DNA of 64,000 nt from Phallusia mammillata. Taxonomy: Eukaryota. Within the stretch, counting starts at the first letter, position 1. Each line of letters starts with the position of its first letter. This document shows positions 38,713 through 52,006 of this stretch, in pieces. The notes under the pieces are model-generated. The model was given only the letters and a program-made list of their open reading frames with translations. It was not told the DNA's origin and searched no databases. The translations under genes were made by a program, and so were the position numbers. Location: NCBI GenBank assembly GCA_965637545.1, contig OZ281495.1:7688001-7752000 (forward strand), given 5' to 3'.

Positions 38713-40808
38713 TTACGATACACAGCAATTAATCCTAAATCGCTTTCGTTTTTTACGTTTAGGCTTTTTGCTGTCGGAAGCATCTTTCAGTGTGCCATTT
38801 TGATCTTGCTCCGGAGTAACGTCCATTGATTGAATTAGAGAATCTTTCTCGACTTTGCCTTGCGATGCCTTTTCGACATCTTTAGTAGGTTTCTCGTCTA
38901 TGTGCTTATTTGCAAGGACTCTATCTTCAAGAGGAACAGTTGATTTAGGTTCTTTAGCCTGAGGTTTGGAATCTACAACTGACAGCTGTGCAATGGGCCA
39001 ACTCGATTGATTCTCGTTTCCAATCTTTGGCGTTAATGTGTCTTTTTCTTTTGTCGGTTGCTTGAGAGAATTTTTAGTTTCCAATTCCACCGCAGCAGTG
39101 GGCAGTTGACCGATTGCAGAATTTTGTTTCCTCGATTGATCAGCGATTTGTAGTCTTGATCTGTCTTGACTATTTAATCTGTTTTTCCATCTATGAGGTC
39201 GTGGCATGACTGGCCGACTTACTTGGGGCGTCGCGGCAAAAACAAATACCTCAGTAGTTTGTAACTTTTGTGCAGACAACTTTCGTCTGCGTGGTTTTGG
39301 TGGTGGAGTTTGTGTGCTGGAATTCCGCACTTTGACGTTTTCTGCCAGTGGTAAGACGGAACGTGGAATATCTTGAAATCTGTTTAGGTTAAATTGTTTC
39401 GTAAACTTGACAATAGGGCGAATGTAGGTGGAAATAACAGCAGAGGGCGCCGAAGCTGTATCTTGATCACAGCGTATCGGTGGTCCTCTATGAGTTTGTC
39501 CACGTTCAGACAACTGTGGTTTGCCCCATGTCACTAAGGTTGCACCTCTTAATACATCTGGGTCAACGATTGTAGATTGGTTGTGCACAGGGCATTCTGG
39601 AACACATTGTATTTCTGTTCTCAAGCTGGTGGATGTTTTAGTCGTAGCAGCGTATGGCTTCCAGGGATCAGGCCACCTTAGAACCCTTCGATACGGTTTG
39701 CTTGGTAAGGGTATAGCAGTAACTTGAACAACTTCACTTTGTTGAAGTTTATCCCCTTGAGGCTTCAATCGCGGGGTTTGGGTAGTCGAATCCCTTACAA
39801 TAACAGCTGTGAGACCGATAATGAACTGCGTTTGATTGCTACTGAGTAAGTAATTGACCCGCGTCCATCCCGTGTCATTTGAAAGAACTGAATACATATT
39901 TTGCATCCATTCCGGTTTTACTACAGAAGATATTCGAGCTTTGAAAATTATTTTCCAAACTGCTGCAATCTCTTTCCCGTAAAGACCGGATTCGATGTGG
40001 GCTGAAAGCGGGCGAATTGGACGCCCTGTTTGGAACAGCACTACATCTCTCGGGTGCAACTTTATATATCTTCTGTCAACCGTCTGTGTCAAGAACCAGC
40101 TTCCTTGATTATGACTCGCTATGATGCAACCTGTTGAGAAACATTGTTTTTCGAGTTAAATTATTATAATAATCAAATATAAATATAAATGTTAGTTTAG
40201 GGATCTGCTTCTTATTTCTGAGAATATTTTTCTAACTGTGTTGTACCTTTTATGTTTTTCTTTTCGGGAGAGGATAAAGGACTACGCCCAACTGCGTTTG
40301 TTGGATCCTCCAAATTGGTTTCTATGTAACAAAGTGAAATACTAAATTTTGGCATACTACGAAGTAAGTGTTTTGTAAATCTTCTTAAGAAAACATACCT
40401 ATAGTGGAGTTGAGCGAAACAGGAAAGTTGAAAATTCGATTTACATCTGATCCAAGATCCTATATGGGAAATTACATGGGTTAGTTAGTTATGTATTATA
40501 CAATCCCAACTGGCATGATTAAAATTCATTTGAAAACATTAACGAGTGGGTAGGCCTATACTTTTTGTACTCTCAGTTGACGAATTAGTAAGATATGTCA
40601 TCAACCCTTGATTACCTGCATCGATAAGGACCAAACTCTTAGGTCAAGACACCTGTAAAAAGCACAGTTGCAGATTAATGCATACATTACCCAACAACAC
40701 ACTTTCTGCTATCTCTTACCTCTCTTTCTCTAACCGCACTGTAGGTACAGGTATAAAAATGCCCTCCTCGTTGCCACATTTTGTCCAATACGGATATAAA
40801 TTCGCCAT
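38713..40808 (-). CDS. Copy 12, intact 559-aa spliced gene
   Basis: Intact terminal ORF at 38713-40092; conserved exon offsets. Confidence 0.85.
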
Positions 40809-42035
40809 TTTGACAGAGCATATAAATGCACGTCTGGTTTTTATTTCCATTTTCAGAAAAATACTCAAAAAGTTAAAAGTTACCATGAAACCGATTATTA
40901 GGTAGGAGGCAGTGTGACGTCACATTGCCGCATTTATGACAAATTTTGGCTGACAAATGTTTGCAAGCATCAGTTTGTTGTGTGTTAAGTACTGGCATTA
41001 GAGCAGTGGTTCTTAACCTGGGAACTCCAGGGATTCGGCAACGCTGATTCAGGGGTTCGACGAAGGTCCTTTGAAGTATAGAAATATTCGTTTTCGTCAA
41101 ACTTTACGGATCTTTTGTCGCTTATAAGTAGCATTTTTTTTGCTAAATAGAAAAACACTGTACGTTTGTAACTAGGGTTTTGTATCTTTTTTGACGGAAC
41201 AAAGAACATTGTGTGAATTGTTCGTAGGCAGCAAAAACTAATTACTTCATGTTTCTATGAAGTTACTAAAAATACGGAATCAAGGCAATCCTGAAACAAG
41301 ATGCTCGTATTGTGATGTCAGAACTGTGTTACCATTAAGTTTAGTGAAAAGCCGGTTATTGCGCGCATCTGCCGAGTTCCGCCGCGCGATTTCAACTTGC
41401 CATCTCTACGGACGACGAATTATGACGAGATTGGGTTCTTCCAGATTTCTATTTTCAGTGAAACGGGGTTTCACCGCACGGTGCTGCACCGTTTCACTTG
41501 CGCACGGCCGTCAGTGTATTTAATTTCCTTTTCGTTTTGTGAATTCCAAGTCTGTAAAAGACATCAACTCTTAACCTAAAATATCAACAATATCTTGCGT
41601 ACGTGATACCGTTAACTCTTGAGAAATAATGATTCCACAGCACTGTTGCCAATTTATCATTTTTTAGCACTACATTTGACATGTTGTCAAGTTATTTAGC
41701 ATTACAAATGACATCTAGCAACAAGAGTCAGAAGTTATGCGAATTGGATTCGAATAAATACTGCGCATATTATGGATCTCAGTCAAATAGTAACAAGAAT
41801 TTCTACAAAAAAAGCCCGAGTGTATTTTTTATTACGATACAAAGACACAGGATAAAAAATGATGCAAAAAGGAAAAAAAAGAGCAAAACAGCAGTGGTGA
41901 GATAGTAATACAACAAGAAAAATCATTTTTTCCTTGTTTGGAAATTGTAGTGTTTGAAAAAAATCCAGTTGAATCGGGTCAGAGCCTTCTAACTCGTCAA
42001 GGCAGCCTGTGACGAACAAGTTCCGTTGAATCCGT

Positions 42036-44131
42036 TTACGATACACAGCAATTAATCCTAAATCGCTTTCGTTTTTTACGTTTAGGCTTTTTGCTGTCGG
42101 AAGCATCTTTCAGTGTGCCATTTTGATCTTGCTCCGGAGTAACGTCCATTGATTGAATTAGAGAATCTTTCTCGACTTTGCCTTGCGATGCCTTTTCGAC
42201 ATCTTTAGTAGGTTTCTCGTCTATGTGCTTATTTGCAAGGACTCTATCTTCAAGAGGAACAGTTGATTTAGGTTCTTTAGCCTGAGGTTTGGAATCTACA
42301 ACTGACAGCTGTGCAATGGGCCAACTCGATTGATTCTCGTTTCCAATCTTTGGCGTTAATGTGTCTTTTTCTTTTGTCGGTTGCTTGAGAGAATTTTTAG
42401 TTTCCAATTCCACCGCAGCAGTGGGCAGTTGACCGATTGCAGAATTTTGTTTCCTCGATTGATCAGCGATTTGTAGTCTTGATCTGTCTTGACTATTTAA
42501 TCTGTTTTTCCATCTATGAGGTCGTGGCATGACTGGCCGACTTACTTGGGGCGTCGCGGCAAAAACAAATACCTCAGTAGTTTGTAACTTTTGTGCAGAC
42601 AACTTTCGTCTGCGTGGTTTTGGTGGTGGAGTTTGTGTGCTGGAATTCCGCACTTTGACGTTTTCTGCCAGTGGTAAGACGGAACGTGGAATATCTTGAA
42701 ATCTGTTTAGGTTAAATTGTTTCGTAAACTTGACAATAGGGCGAATGTAGGTGGAAATAACAGCAGAGGGCGCCGAAGCTGTATCTTGATCACAGCGTAT
42801 CGGTGGTCCTCTATGAGTTTGTCCACGTTCAGACAACTGTGGTTTGCCCCATGTCACTAAGGTTGCACCTCTTAATACATCTGGGTCAACGATTGTAGAT
42901 TGGTTGTGCACAGGGCATTCTGGAACACATTGTATTTCTGTTCTCAAGCTGGTGGATGTTTTAGTCGTAGCAGCGTATGGCTTCCAGGGATCAGGCCACC
43001 TTAGAACCCTTCGATACGGTTTGCTTGGTAAGGGTATAGCAGTAACTTGAACAACTTCACTTTGTTGAAGTTTATCCCCTTGAGGCTTCAATCGCGGGGT
43101 TTGGGTAGTCGAATCCCTTACAATAACAGCTGTGAGACCGATAATGAACTGCGTTTGATTGCTACTGAGTAAGTAATTGACCCGCGTCCATCCCGTGTCA
43201 TTTGAAAGAACTGAATACATATTTTGCATCCATTCCGGTTTTACTACAGAAGATATTCGAGCTTTGAAAATTATTTTCCAAACTGCTGCAATCTCTTTCC
43301 CGTAAAGACCGGATTCGATGTGGGCTGAAAGCGGGCGAATTGGACGCCCTGTTTGGAACAGCACTACATCTCTCGGGTGCAACTTTATATATCTTCTGTC
43401 AACCGTCTGTGTCAAGAACCAGCTTCCTTGATTATGACTCGCTATGATGCAACCTGTTGAGAAACATTGTTTTTCGAGTTAAATTATTATAATAATCAAA
43501 TATAAATATAAATGTTAGTTTAGGGATCTGCTTCTTATTTCTGAGAATATTTTTCTAACTGTGTTGTACCTTTTATGTTTTTCTTTTCGGGAGAGGATAA
43601 AGGACTACGCCCAACTGCGTTTGTTGGATCCTCCAAATTGGTTTCTATGTAACAAAGTGAAATACTAAATTTTGGCATACTACGAAGTAAGTGTTTTGTA
43701 AATCTTCTTAAGAAAACATACCTATAGTGGAGTTGAGCGAAACAGGAAAGTTGAAAATTCGATTTACATCTGATCCAAGATCCTATATGGGAAATTACAT
43801 GGGTTAGTTAGTTATGTATTATACAATCCCAACTGGCATGATTAAAATTCATTTGAAAACATTAACGAGTGGGTAGGCCTATACTTTTTGTACTCTCAGT
43901 TGACGAATTAGTAAGATATGTCATCAACCCTTGATTACCTGCATCGATAAGGACCAAACTCTTAGGTCAAGACACCTGTAAAAAGCACAGTTGCAGATTA
44001 ATGCATACATTACCCAACAACACACTTTCTGCTATCTCTTACCTCTCTTTCTCTAACCGCACTGTAGGTACAGGTATAAAAATGCCCTCCTCGTTGCCAC
44101 ATTTTGTCCAATACGGATATAAATTCGCCAT
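42036..44131 (-). CDS. Copy 13, intact 559-aa spliced gene
   Basis: Intact terminal ORF at 42036-43415; conserved exon offsets. Confidence 0.85.
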
Positions 44132-45599
44132 TTTGACAGAGCATATAAATGCACGTCTGGTTTTTATTTCCATTTTCAGAAAAATACTCAAAAAGTTAAA
44201 AGTTACCATGAAACCGATTATTAGGTAGGAGGCAGTGTGACGTCACATTGCCGCATTTATGACAAATTTTGGCTGACAAATGTTTGCAAGCATCAGTTTG
44301 TTGTGTGTTAAGTACTGGCATTAGAGCAGTGGTTCTTAACCTGGGAACTCCAGGGATTCGGCAACGCTGATTCAGGGGTTCGACGAAGGTCCTTTGAAGT
44401 ATAGAAATATTCGTTTTCGTCAAACTTTACGGATCTTTTGTCGCTTATAAGTAGCATTTTTTTTGCTAAATAGAAAAACACTGTACGTTTGTAACTAGGG
44501 TTTTGTATCTTTTTTGACGGAACAAAGAACATTGTGTGAATTGTTCGTAGGCAGCAAAAACTAATTACTTCATGTTTCTATGAAGTTACTAAAAATACGG
44601 AATCAAGGCAATCCTGAAACAAGATGCTCGTATTGTGATGTCAGAACTGTGTTACCATTAAGTTTAGTGAAAAGCCGGTTATTGCGCGCATCTGCCGAGT
44701 TCCGCCGCGCGATTTCAACTTGCCATCTCTACGGACGACGAATTATGACGAGATTGGGTTCTTCCAGATTTCTATTTTCAGTGAAACGGGGTTTCACCGC
44801 ACGGTGCTGCACCGTTTCACTTGCGCACGGCCGTCAGTGTAATTAATTTCCTTTTCGTTTTGTGAATTCCAAGTCTGTAAAAGACATCAACTCTTAACCT
44901 AAAATATCAACAATATCTTACGTACGTGATACCGTTAACTCTTGAGAAATAATGATTCCACAGCACTGTTGCCAATTTATCATTTTTTAGCACTACATTT
45001 GACATGTTGTCAAGTTATTTAGCATTACAAATGACATCTAGCAACAAGAGTCAGAAGTTATGCGAATTGGATTCGAATAAATACTGCGCATATTATGGAT
45101 CTCAGTCAAATAGTAACAAGAATTTCTACAAAAAAAGCCCGAGTGTATTTTTTATTACGATACAAAGACACAGGATAAAAAATGATGCAAAAAGGAAAAA
45201 AAAGAGCAAAACAGCAGTGGTGAGATAGTAATACAACAAGAAAAATCATTTTTTCCTTGTTTGGAAATTGTAGTGTTTGAAAAAAATCCAGTTGAATCGG
45301 GTCAGAGCCTTCTAACTCGTCAAGGCAGCCTGTGACGAACAAGTTCCGTTGAATCCGTTTACGATACACAGCAATTAATCCTAAATCGCTTTCGTTTTTT
45401 ACGTTTAGGCTTTTTGCTGTCGGAAGCATCTTTCAGTGTGCCATTTTGATCTTGCTCCGGAGTAACGTCCATTGATTGAATTAGAGAATCTTTCTCGACT
45501 TTGCCTTGCGATGCCTTTTCGACATCTTTAGTAGGTTTCTCGTCTATGTGCTTATTTGCAAGGACTCTATCTTCAAGAGGAACAGTTGATTTAGGTTCT

Positions 45600-47455
45600 T
45601 TAGCCTGAGGTTTGGAATCTACAACTGACAGCTGTGCAATGGGCCAACTCGATTGATTCTCGTTTCCAATCTTTGGCGTTAATGTGTCTTTTTCTTTTGT
45701 CGGTTTGCTTGAGAGAATTTTTAGTTTCCAATTCCACCGCAGCAGTGGGCAGTTGACCGATTGCAGAATTTTGTTTCCTCGATTGATCAGCGATTTGTAG
45801 TCTTGATCTGTCTTGACTATTTAATCTGTTTTTCCATCTATGAGGTCGTGGCATGACTGGCCGACTTACTTGGGGCGTCGCGGCAAAAACAAATACCTCA
45901 GTAGTTTGTAACTTTTGTGCAGACAACTTTCGTCTGCGTGGTTTTGGTGGTGGAGTTTGTGTGCTGGAATTCCGCACTTTGACGTTTTCTGCCAGTGGTA
46001 AGACGGAACGTGGAATATCTTGAAATCTGTTTAGGTTAAATTGTTTCGTAAACTTGACAATAGGGCGAATGTAGGTGGAAATAACAGCAGAGGGCGCCGA
46101 AGCTGTATCTTGATCACAGCGTATCGGTGGTCCTCTATGAGTTTGTCCACGTTCAGACAACTGTGGTTTGCCCCATGTCACTAAGGTTGCACCTCTTAAT
46201 ACATCTGGGTCAACGATTGTAGATTGGTTGTGCACAGGGCATTCTGGAACACATTGTATTTCTGTTCTCAAGCTGGTGGATGTTTTAGTCGTAGCAGCGT
46301 ATGGCTTCCAGGGATCAGGCCACCTTAGAACCCTTCGATACGGTTTGCTTGGTAAGGGTATAGCAGTAACTTGAACAACTTCACTTTGTTGAAGTTTATC
46401 CCCTTGAGGCTTCAATCGCGGGGTTTGGGTAGTCGAATCCCTTACAATAACAGCTGTGAGACCGATAATGAACTGCGTTTGATTGCTACTGAGTAAGTAA
46501 TTGACCCGCGTCCATCCCGTGTCATTTGAAAGAACTGAATACATATTTTGCATCCATTCCGGTTTTACTACAGAAGATATTCGAGCTTTGAAAATTATTT
46601 TCCAAACTGCTGCAATCTCTTTCCCGTAAAGACCGGATTCGATGTGGGCTGAAAGCGGGCGAATTGGACGCCCTGTTTGGAACAGCACTACATCTCTCGG
46701 GTGCAACTTTATATATCTTCTGTCAACCGTCTGTGTCAAGAACCAGCTTCCTTGATTATGACTCGCTATGATGCAACCTGTTGAGAAACATTGTTTTTCG
46801 AGTTAAATTATTATAATAATCAAATATAAATATAAATGTTAGTTTAGGGATCTGCTTCTTATTTCTGAGAATATTTTTCTAACTGTGTTGTACCTTTTAT
46901 GTTTTTCTTTTCGGGAGAGGATAAAGGACTACGCCCAACTGCGTTTGTTGGATCCTCCAAATTGGTTTCTATGTAACAAAGTGAAATACTAAATTTTGGC
47001 ATACTACGAAGTAAGTGTTTTGTAAATCTTCTTAAGAAAACATACCTATAGTGGAGTTGAGCGAAACAGGAAAGTTGAAAATTCGATTTACATCTGATCC
47101 AAGATCCTATATGGGAAATTACATGGGTTAGTTAGTTATGTATTATACAATCCCAACTGGCATGATTAAAATTCATTTGAAAACATTAACGAGTGGGTAG
47201 GCCTATACTTTTTGTACTCTCAGTTAACGAATTAGTAAGATATGTCATCAACCCTTGATTACCTGCATCGATAAGGACCAAACTCTTAGGTCAAGACACC
47301 TGTAAAAAGCACAGTTGCAGATTAATGCATACATTACCCAACAACACACTTTCTGCTATCTCTTACCTCTCTTTCTCTAACCGCACTGTAGGTACAGGTA
47401 TAAAAATGCCCTCCTCGTTGCCACATTTTGTCCAATACGGATATAAATTCGCCAT
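45600..47455 (-). pseudogene. Copy 14, +1 frameshift (extra T at 45704-45706) giving a 479-aa product with a new tail and no polybasic/CCVS end
   Basis: CGGTTTGC instead of CGGTTGC; the 379-aa ORF ends ...SCRFQTSG. The same lesion recurs 10,005 bp later. Confidence 0.7.
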
Positions 47456-48683
47456 TTTGACAGAGCATATAAATGCACGTCTGGTTTTTATTTCCATTTT
47501 CAGAAAAATACTCAAAAAGTTAAAAGTTACCATGAAACCGATTATTAGGTAGGAGGCAGTGTGACGTCACATTGCCGCATTTATGACAAATTTTGGCTGA
47601 CAAATGTTTGCAAGCATCAGTTTGTTGTGTGTTAAGTACTGGCATTAGAGCAGTGGTTCTTAACCTGGGAACTCCAGGGATTCGGCAACGCTGATTCAGG
47701 GGTTCGACGAAGGTCCTTTGAAGTATAGAAATATTCGTTTTCGTCAAACTTTACGGATCTTTTGTCGCTTATAAGTAGCATTTTTTTTTGCTAAATAGAA
47801 AAACACTGTACGTTTGTAACTAGGGTTTTGTATCTTTTTTGACGGAACAAAGAACATTGTGTGAATTGTTCGTAGGCAGCAAAAACTAATTACTTCATGT
47901 TTCTATGAAGTTACTAAAAATACGGAATCAAGGCAATCCTGAAACAAGATGCTCGTATTGTGATGTCAGAACTGTGTTACCATTAAGTTTAGTGAAAAGC
48001 CGGTTATTGCGCGCATCTGCCGAGTTCCGCCGCGCGATTTCAACTTGCCATCTCTACGGACGACGAATTATGACGAGATTGGGTTCTTCCAGATTTCTAT
48101 TTTCAGTGAAACGGGGTTTCACCGCACGGTGCTGCACCGTTTCACTTGCGCACGGCCGTCAGTGTAATTAATTTCCTTTTCGTTTTGTGAATTCCAAGTC
48201 TGTAAAAGACATCAACTCTTAACCTAAAATATCAACAATATCTTACGTACGTGATACCGTTAACTCTTGAGAAATAATGATTCCACAGCACTGTTGCCAA
48301 TTTATCATTTTTTAGCACTACATTTGACATGTTGTCAAGTTATTTAGCATTACAAATGACATCTAGCAACAAGAGTCAGAAGTTATGCGAATTGGATTCG
48401 AATAAATACTGCGCATATTATGGATCTCAGTCAAATAGTAACAAGAATTTCTACAAAAAAAGCCCGAGTGTATTTTTTATTACGATACAAAGACACAGGA
48501 TAAAAAATGATGCAAAAAGGAAAAAAAAGAGCAAAACAGCAGTGGTGAGATAGTAATACAACAAGAAAAATCATTTTTTCCTTGTTTGGAAATTGTAGTG
48601 TTTGAAAAAAATCCAGTTGAATCGGGTCAGAGCCTTCTAACTCGTCAAGGCAGCCTGTGACGAACAAGTTCCGTTGAATCCGT

Positions 48684-50779
48684 TTACGATACACAGCAAT
48701 TAATCCTAAATCGCTTTCGTTTTTTACGTTTAGGCTTTTTGCTGTCGGAAGCATCTTTCAGTGTGCCATTTTGATCTTGCTCCGGAGTAACGTCCATTGA
48801 TTGAATTAGAGAATCTTTCTCGACTTTGCCTTGCGATGCCTTTTCGACATCTTTAGTAGGTTTCTCGTCTATGTGCTTATTTGCAAGGACTCTATCTTCA
48901 AGAGGAACAGTTGATTTAGGTTCTTTAGCCTGAGGTTTGGAATCTACAACTGACAGCTGTGCAATGGGCCAACTCGATTGATTCTCGTTTCCAATCTTTG
49001 GCGTTAATGTGTCTTTTTCTTTTGTCGGTTGCTTGAGAGAATTTTTAGTTTCCAATTCCACCGCAGCAGTGGGCAGTTGACCGATTGCAGAATGTTGTTT
49101 CCTCGATTGATCAGCGATTTGTAGTCTTGATCTGTCTTGACTATTTAATCTGTTTTTCCATCTATGAGGTCGTGGCATGACTGGCCGACTTACTTGGGGC
49201 GTCGCGGCAAAAACAAATACCTCAGTAGTTTGTAACTTTTGTGCAGACAACTTTCGTCTGCGTGGTTTTGGTGGTGGAGTTTGTGTGCTGGAATTCCGCA
49301 CTTTGACGTTTTCTGCCAGTGGTAAGACGGAACGTGGAATATCTTGAAATCTGTTTAGGTTAAATTGTTTCGTAAACTTGACAATAGGGCGAATGTAGGT
49401 GGAAATAACAGCAGAGGGCGCCGAAGCTGTATCTTGATCACAGCGTATCGGTGGTCCTCTATGAGTTTGTCCACGTTCAGACAACTGTGGTTTGCCCCAT
49501 GTCACTAAGGTTGCACCTCTTAATACATCTGGGTCAACGATTGTAGATTGGTTGTGCACAGGGCATTCTGGAACACATTGTATTTCTGTTCTCAAGCTGG
49601 TGGATGTTTTAGTCGTAGCAGCGTATGGCTTCCAGGGATCAGGCCACCTTAGAACCCTTCGATACGGTTTGCTTGGTAAGGGTATAGCAGTAACTTGAAC
49701 AACTTCACTTTGTTGAAGTTTATCCCCTTGAGGCTTCAATCGCGGGGTTTGGGTAGTCGAATCCCTTACAATAACAGCTGTGAGACCGATAATGAACTGC
49801 GTTTGATTGCTACTGAGTAAGTAATTGACCCGCGTCCATCCCGTGTCATTTGAAAGAACTGAATACATATTTTGCATCCATTCCGGTTTTACTACAGAAG
49901 ATATTCGAGCTTTGAAAATTATTTTCCAAACTGCTGCAATCTCTTTCCCGTAAAGACCGGATTCGATGTGGGCTGAAAGCGGGCGAATTGGACGCCCTGT
50001 TTGGAACAGCACTACATCTCTCGGGTGCAACTTTATATATCTTCTGTCAACCGTCTGTGTCAAGAACCAGCTTCCTTGATTATGACTCGCTATGATGCAA
50101 CCTGTTGAGAAACATTGTTTTTCGAGTTAAATTATCATAATAATCAAATATAAATATAAATGTTAGTTTAGGGATCTGCTTCTTATTTCTGAGAATATTT
50201 TTCTAACTGTGTTGTACCTTTTATGTTTTTCTTTTCGGGAGAGGATAAAGGACTACGCCCAACTGCGTTTGTTGGATCCTCCAAATTGGTTTCTATGTAA
50301 CAAAGTGAAATACTAAATTTTGGCATACTACGAAGTAAGTGTTTTGTAAATCTTCTTAAGAAAACATACCTATAGTGGAGTTGAGCGAAACAGGAAAGTT
50401 GAAAATTCGATTTACATCTGATCCAAGATCCTATATGGGAAATTACATGGGTTAGTTAGTTATGTATTATACAATCCCAACTGGTATGATTAAAATTCAT
50501 TTGAAAACAATAACGAGTGGGTAGGCCTATAGTTTTTGTACTCTCAGTTAACGAATTAGTAAGATATGTCATCAACCCTTGATTACCTGCATCGATAAGG
50601 ACCAAACTCTTAGGTCAAGACACCTGTAAAAAGCACAGTTGCAGATTAATGCATACATTACCCAACAACACACTTTCTGCTGTCTCTTACCTCTCTTTCT
50701 CTAACCGCACTGTAGGTACAGGTATAAAAATGCCCTCCTCGTTGCCACATTTTGTCCAATACGGATATAAATTCGCCAT
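48684..50779 (-). CDS. Copy 15, intact, N324H variant (ORF numbering)
   Basis: ORF 48684-50063 reads KQHSA; G at 49094. Confidence 0.85.
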
Positions 50780-52006
50780 TTTGACAGAGCATATAAATGC
50801 ACGTCTGGTTTTTATTTCCATTTTCAGAAAAATACTCAAAAAGTTAAAAGTTACCATGAAACCGATTATTAGGTAGGAGGCAGTGTGACGTCACATTGCC
50901 GCATTTATGACAAATTTTGGCTGACAAATGTTTGCAAGCATCAGTTTGTTGTGTGTTAAGTACTGGCATTAGAGCAGTGGTTCTTAACCTGGGAACTCCA
51001 GGGATTCGGCAACGCTGATTCAGGGGTTCGACGAAGGTCCTTTGAAGTATAGAAATATTCGTTTTCGTCAAACTTTACGGATCTTTTGTCGCTTATAAGT
51101 AGCATTTTTTTTGCTAAATAGAAAAACACTGTACGTTTGTAACTAGGGTTTTGTATCTTTTTTGACGGAACAAAGAACATTGTGTGAATTGTTCGTAGGC
51201 AGCAAAAACTAATTACTTCATGTTTCTATGAAGTTACTAAAAATACGGAATCAAGGCAATCCTGAAACAAGATGCTCGTATTGTGATGTCAGAACTGTGT
51301 TACCATTAAGTTTAGTGAAAAGCCGGTTATTGCGCGCATCTGCCGAGTTCCGCCGCGCGATTTCAACTTGCCATCTCTACGGACGACGAATTATGACGAG
51401 ATTGGGTTCTTCCAGATTTCTATTTTCAGTGAAACGGGGTTTCACCGCACGGTGCTGCACCGTTTCACTTGCGCACGGCCGTCAGTGTAATTAATTTCCT
51501 TTTCGTTTTGTGAATTCCAAGTCTGTAAAAGACATCAACTCTTAACCTAAAATATCAACAATATCTTACGTACGTGATACCGTTAACTCTTGAGAAATAA
51601 TGATTCCACGGCACTGTTGCCAATTTATCATTTTTTAGCACTACATTTGACATGTTGTCAAGTTATTTAGCATTACAAATGACATCTAGCAACAAGAGTC
51701 AGAAGTTATGCGAATTGGATTCGAATAAATACTGCGCATATTATGGATCTCAGTCAAATAGTAACAAGAATTTCTACAAAAAAAGCCTAAGTGTATTTTT
51801 TATTACGATACAAAGACACAGGATAAAAAATGATGCAAAAAGGAAAAAAAAGAGCAAAACAGCAGTGGTGAGATAGTAATACAACAAGGAAAATCATTTT
51901 TTCCTTGTTTGGAAATTGTAGTGTTTGAAAAAAATCCAGTTGAATCGGGTCAGAGCCTTCTAACTCGTCAAGGCAGCCTGTGACGAACAAGTTCCGTTGA
52001 ATCCGT

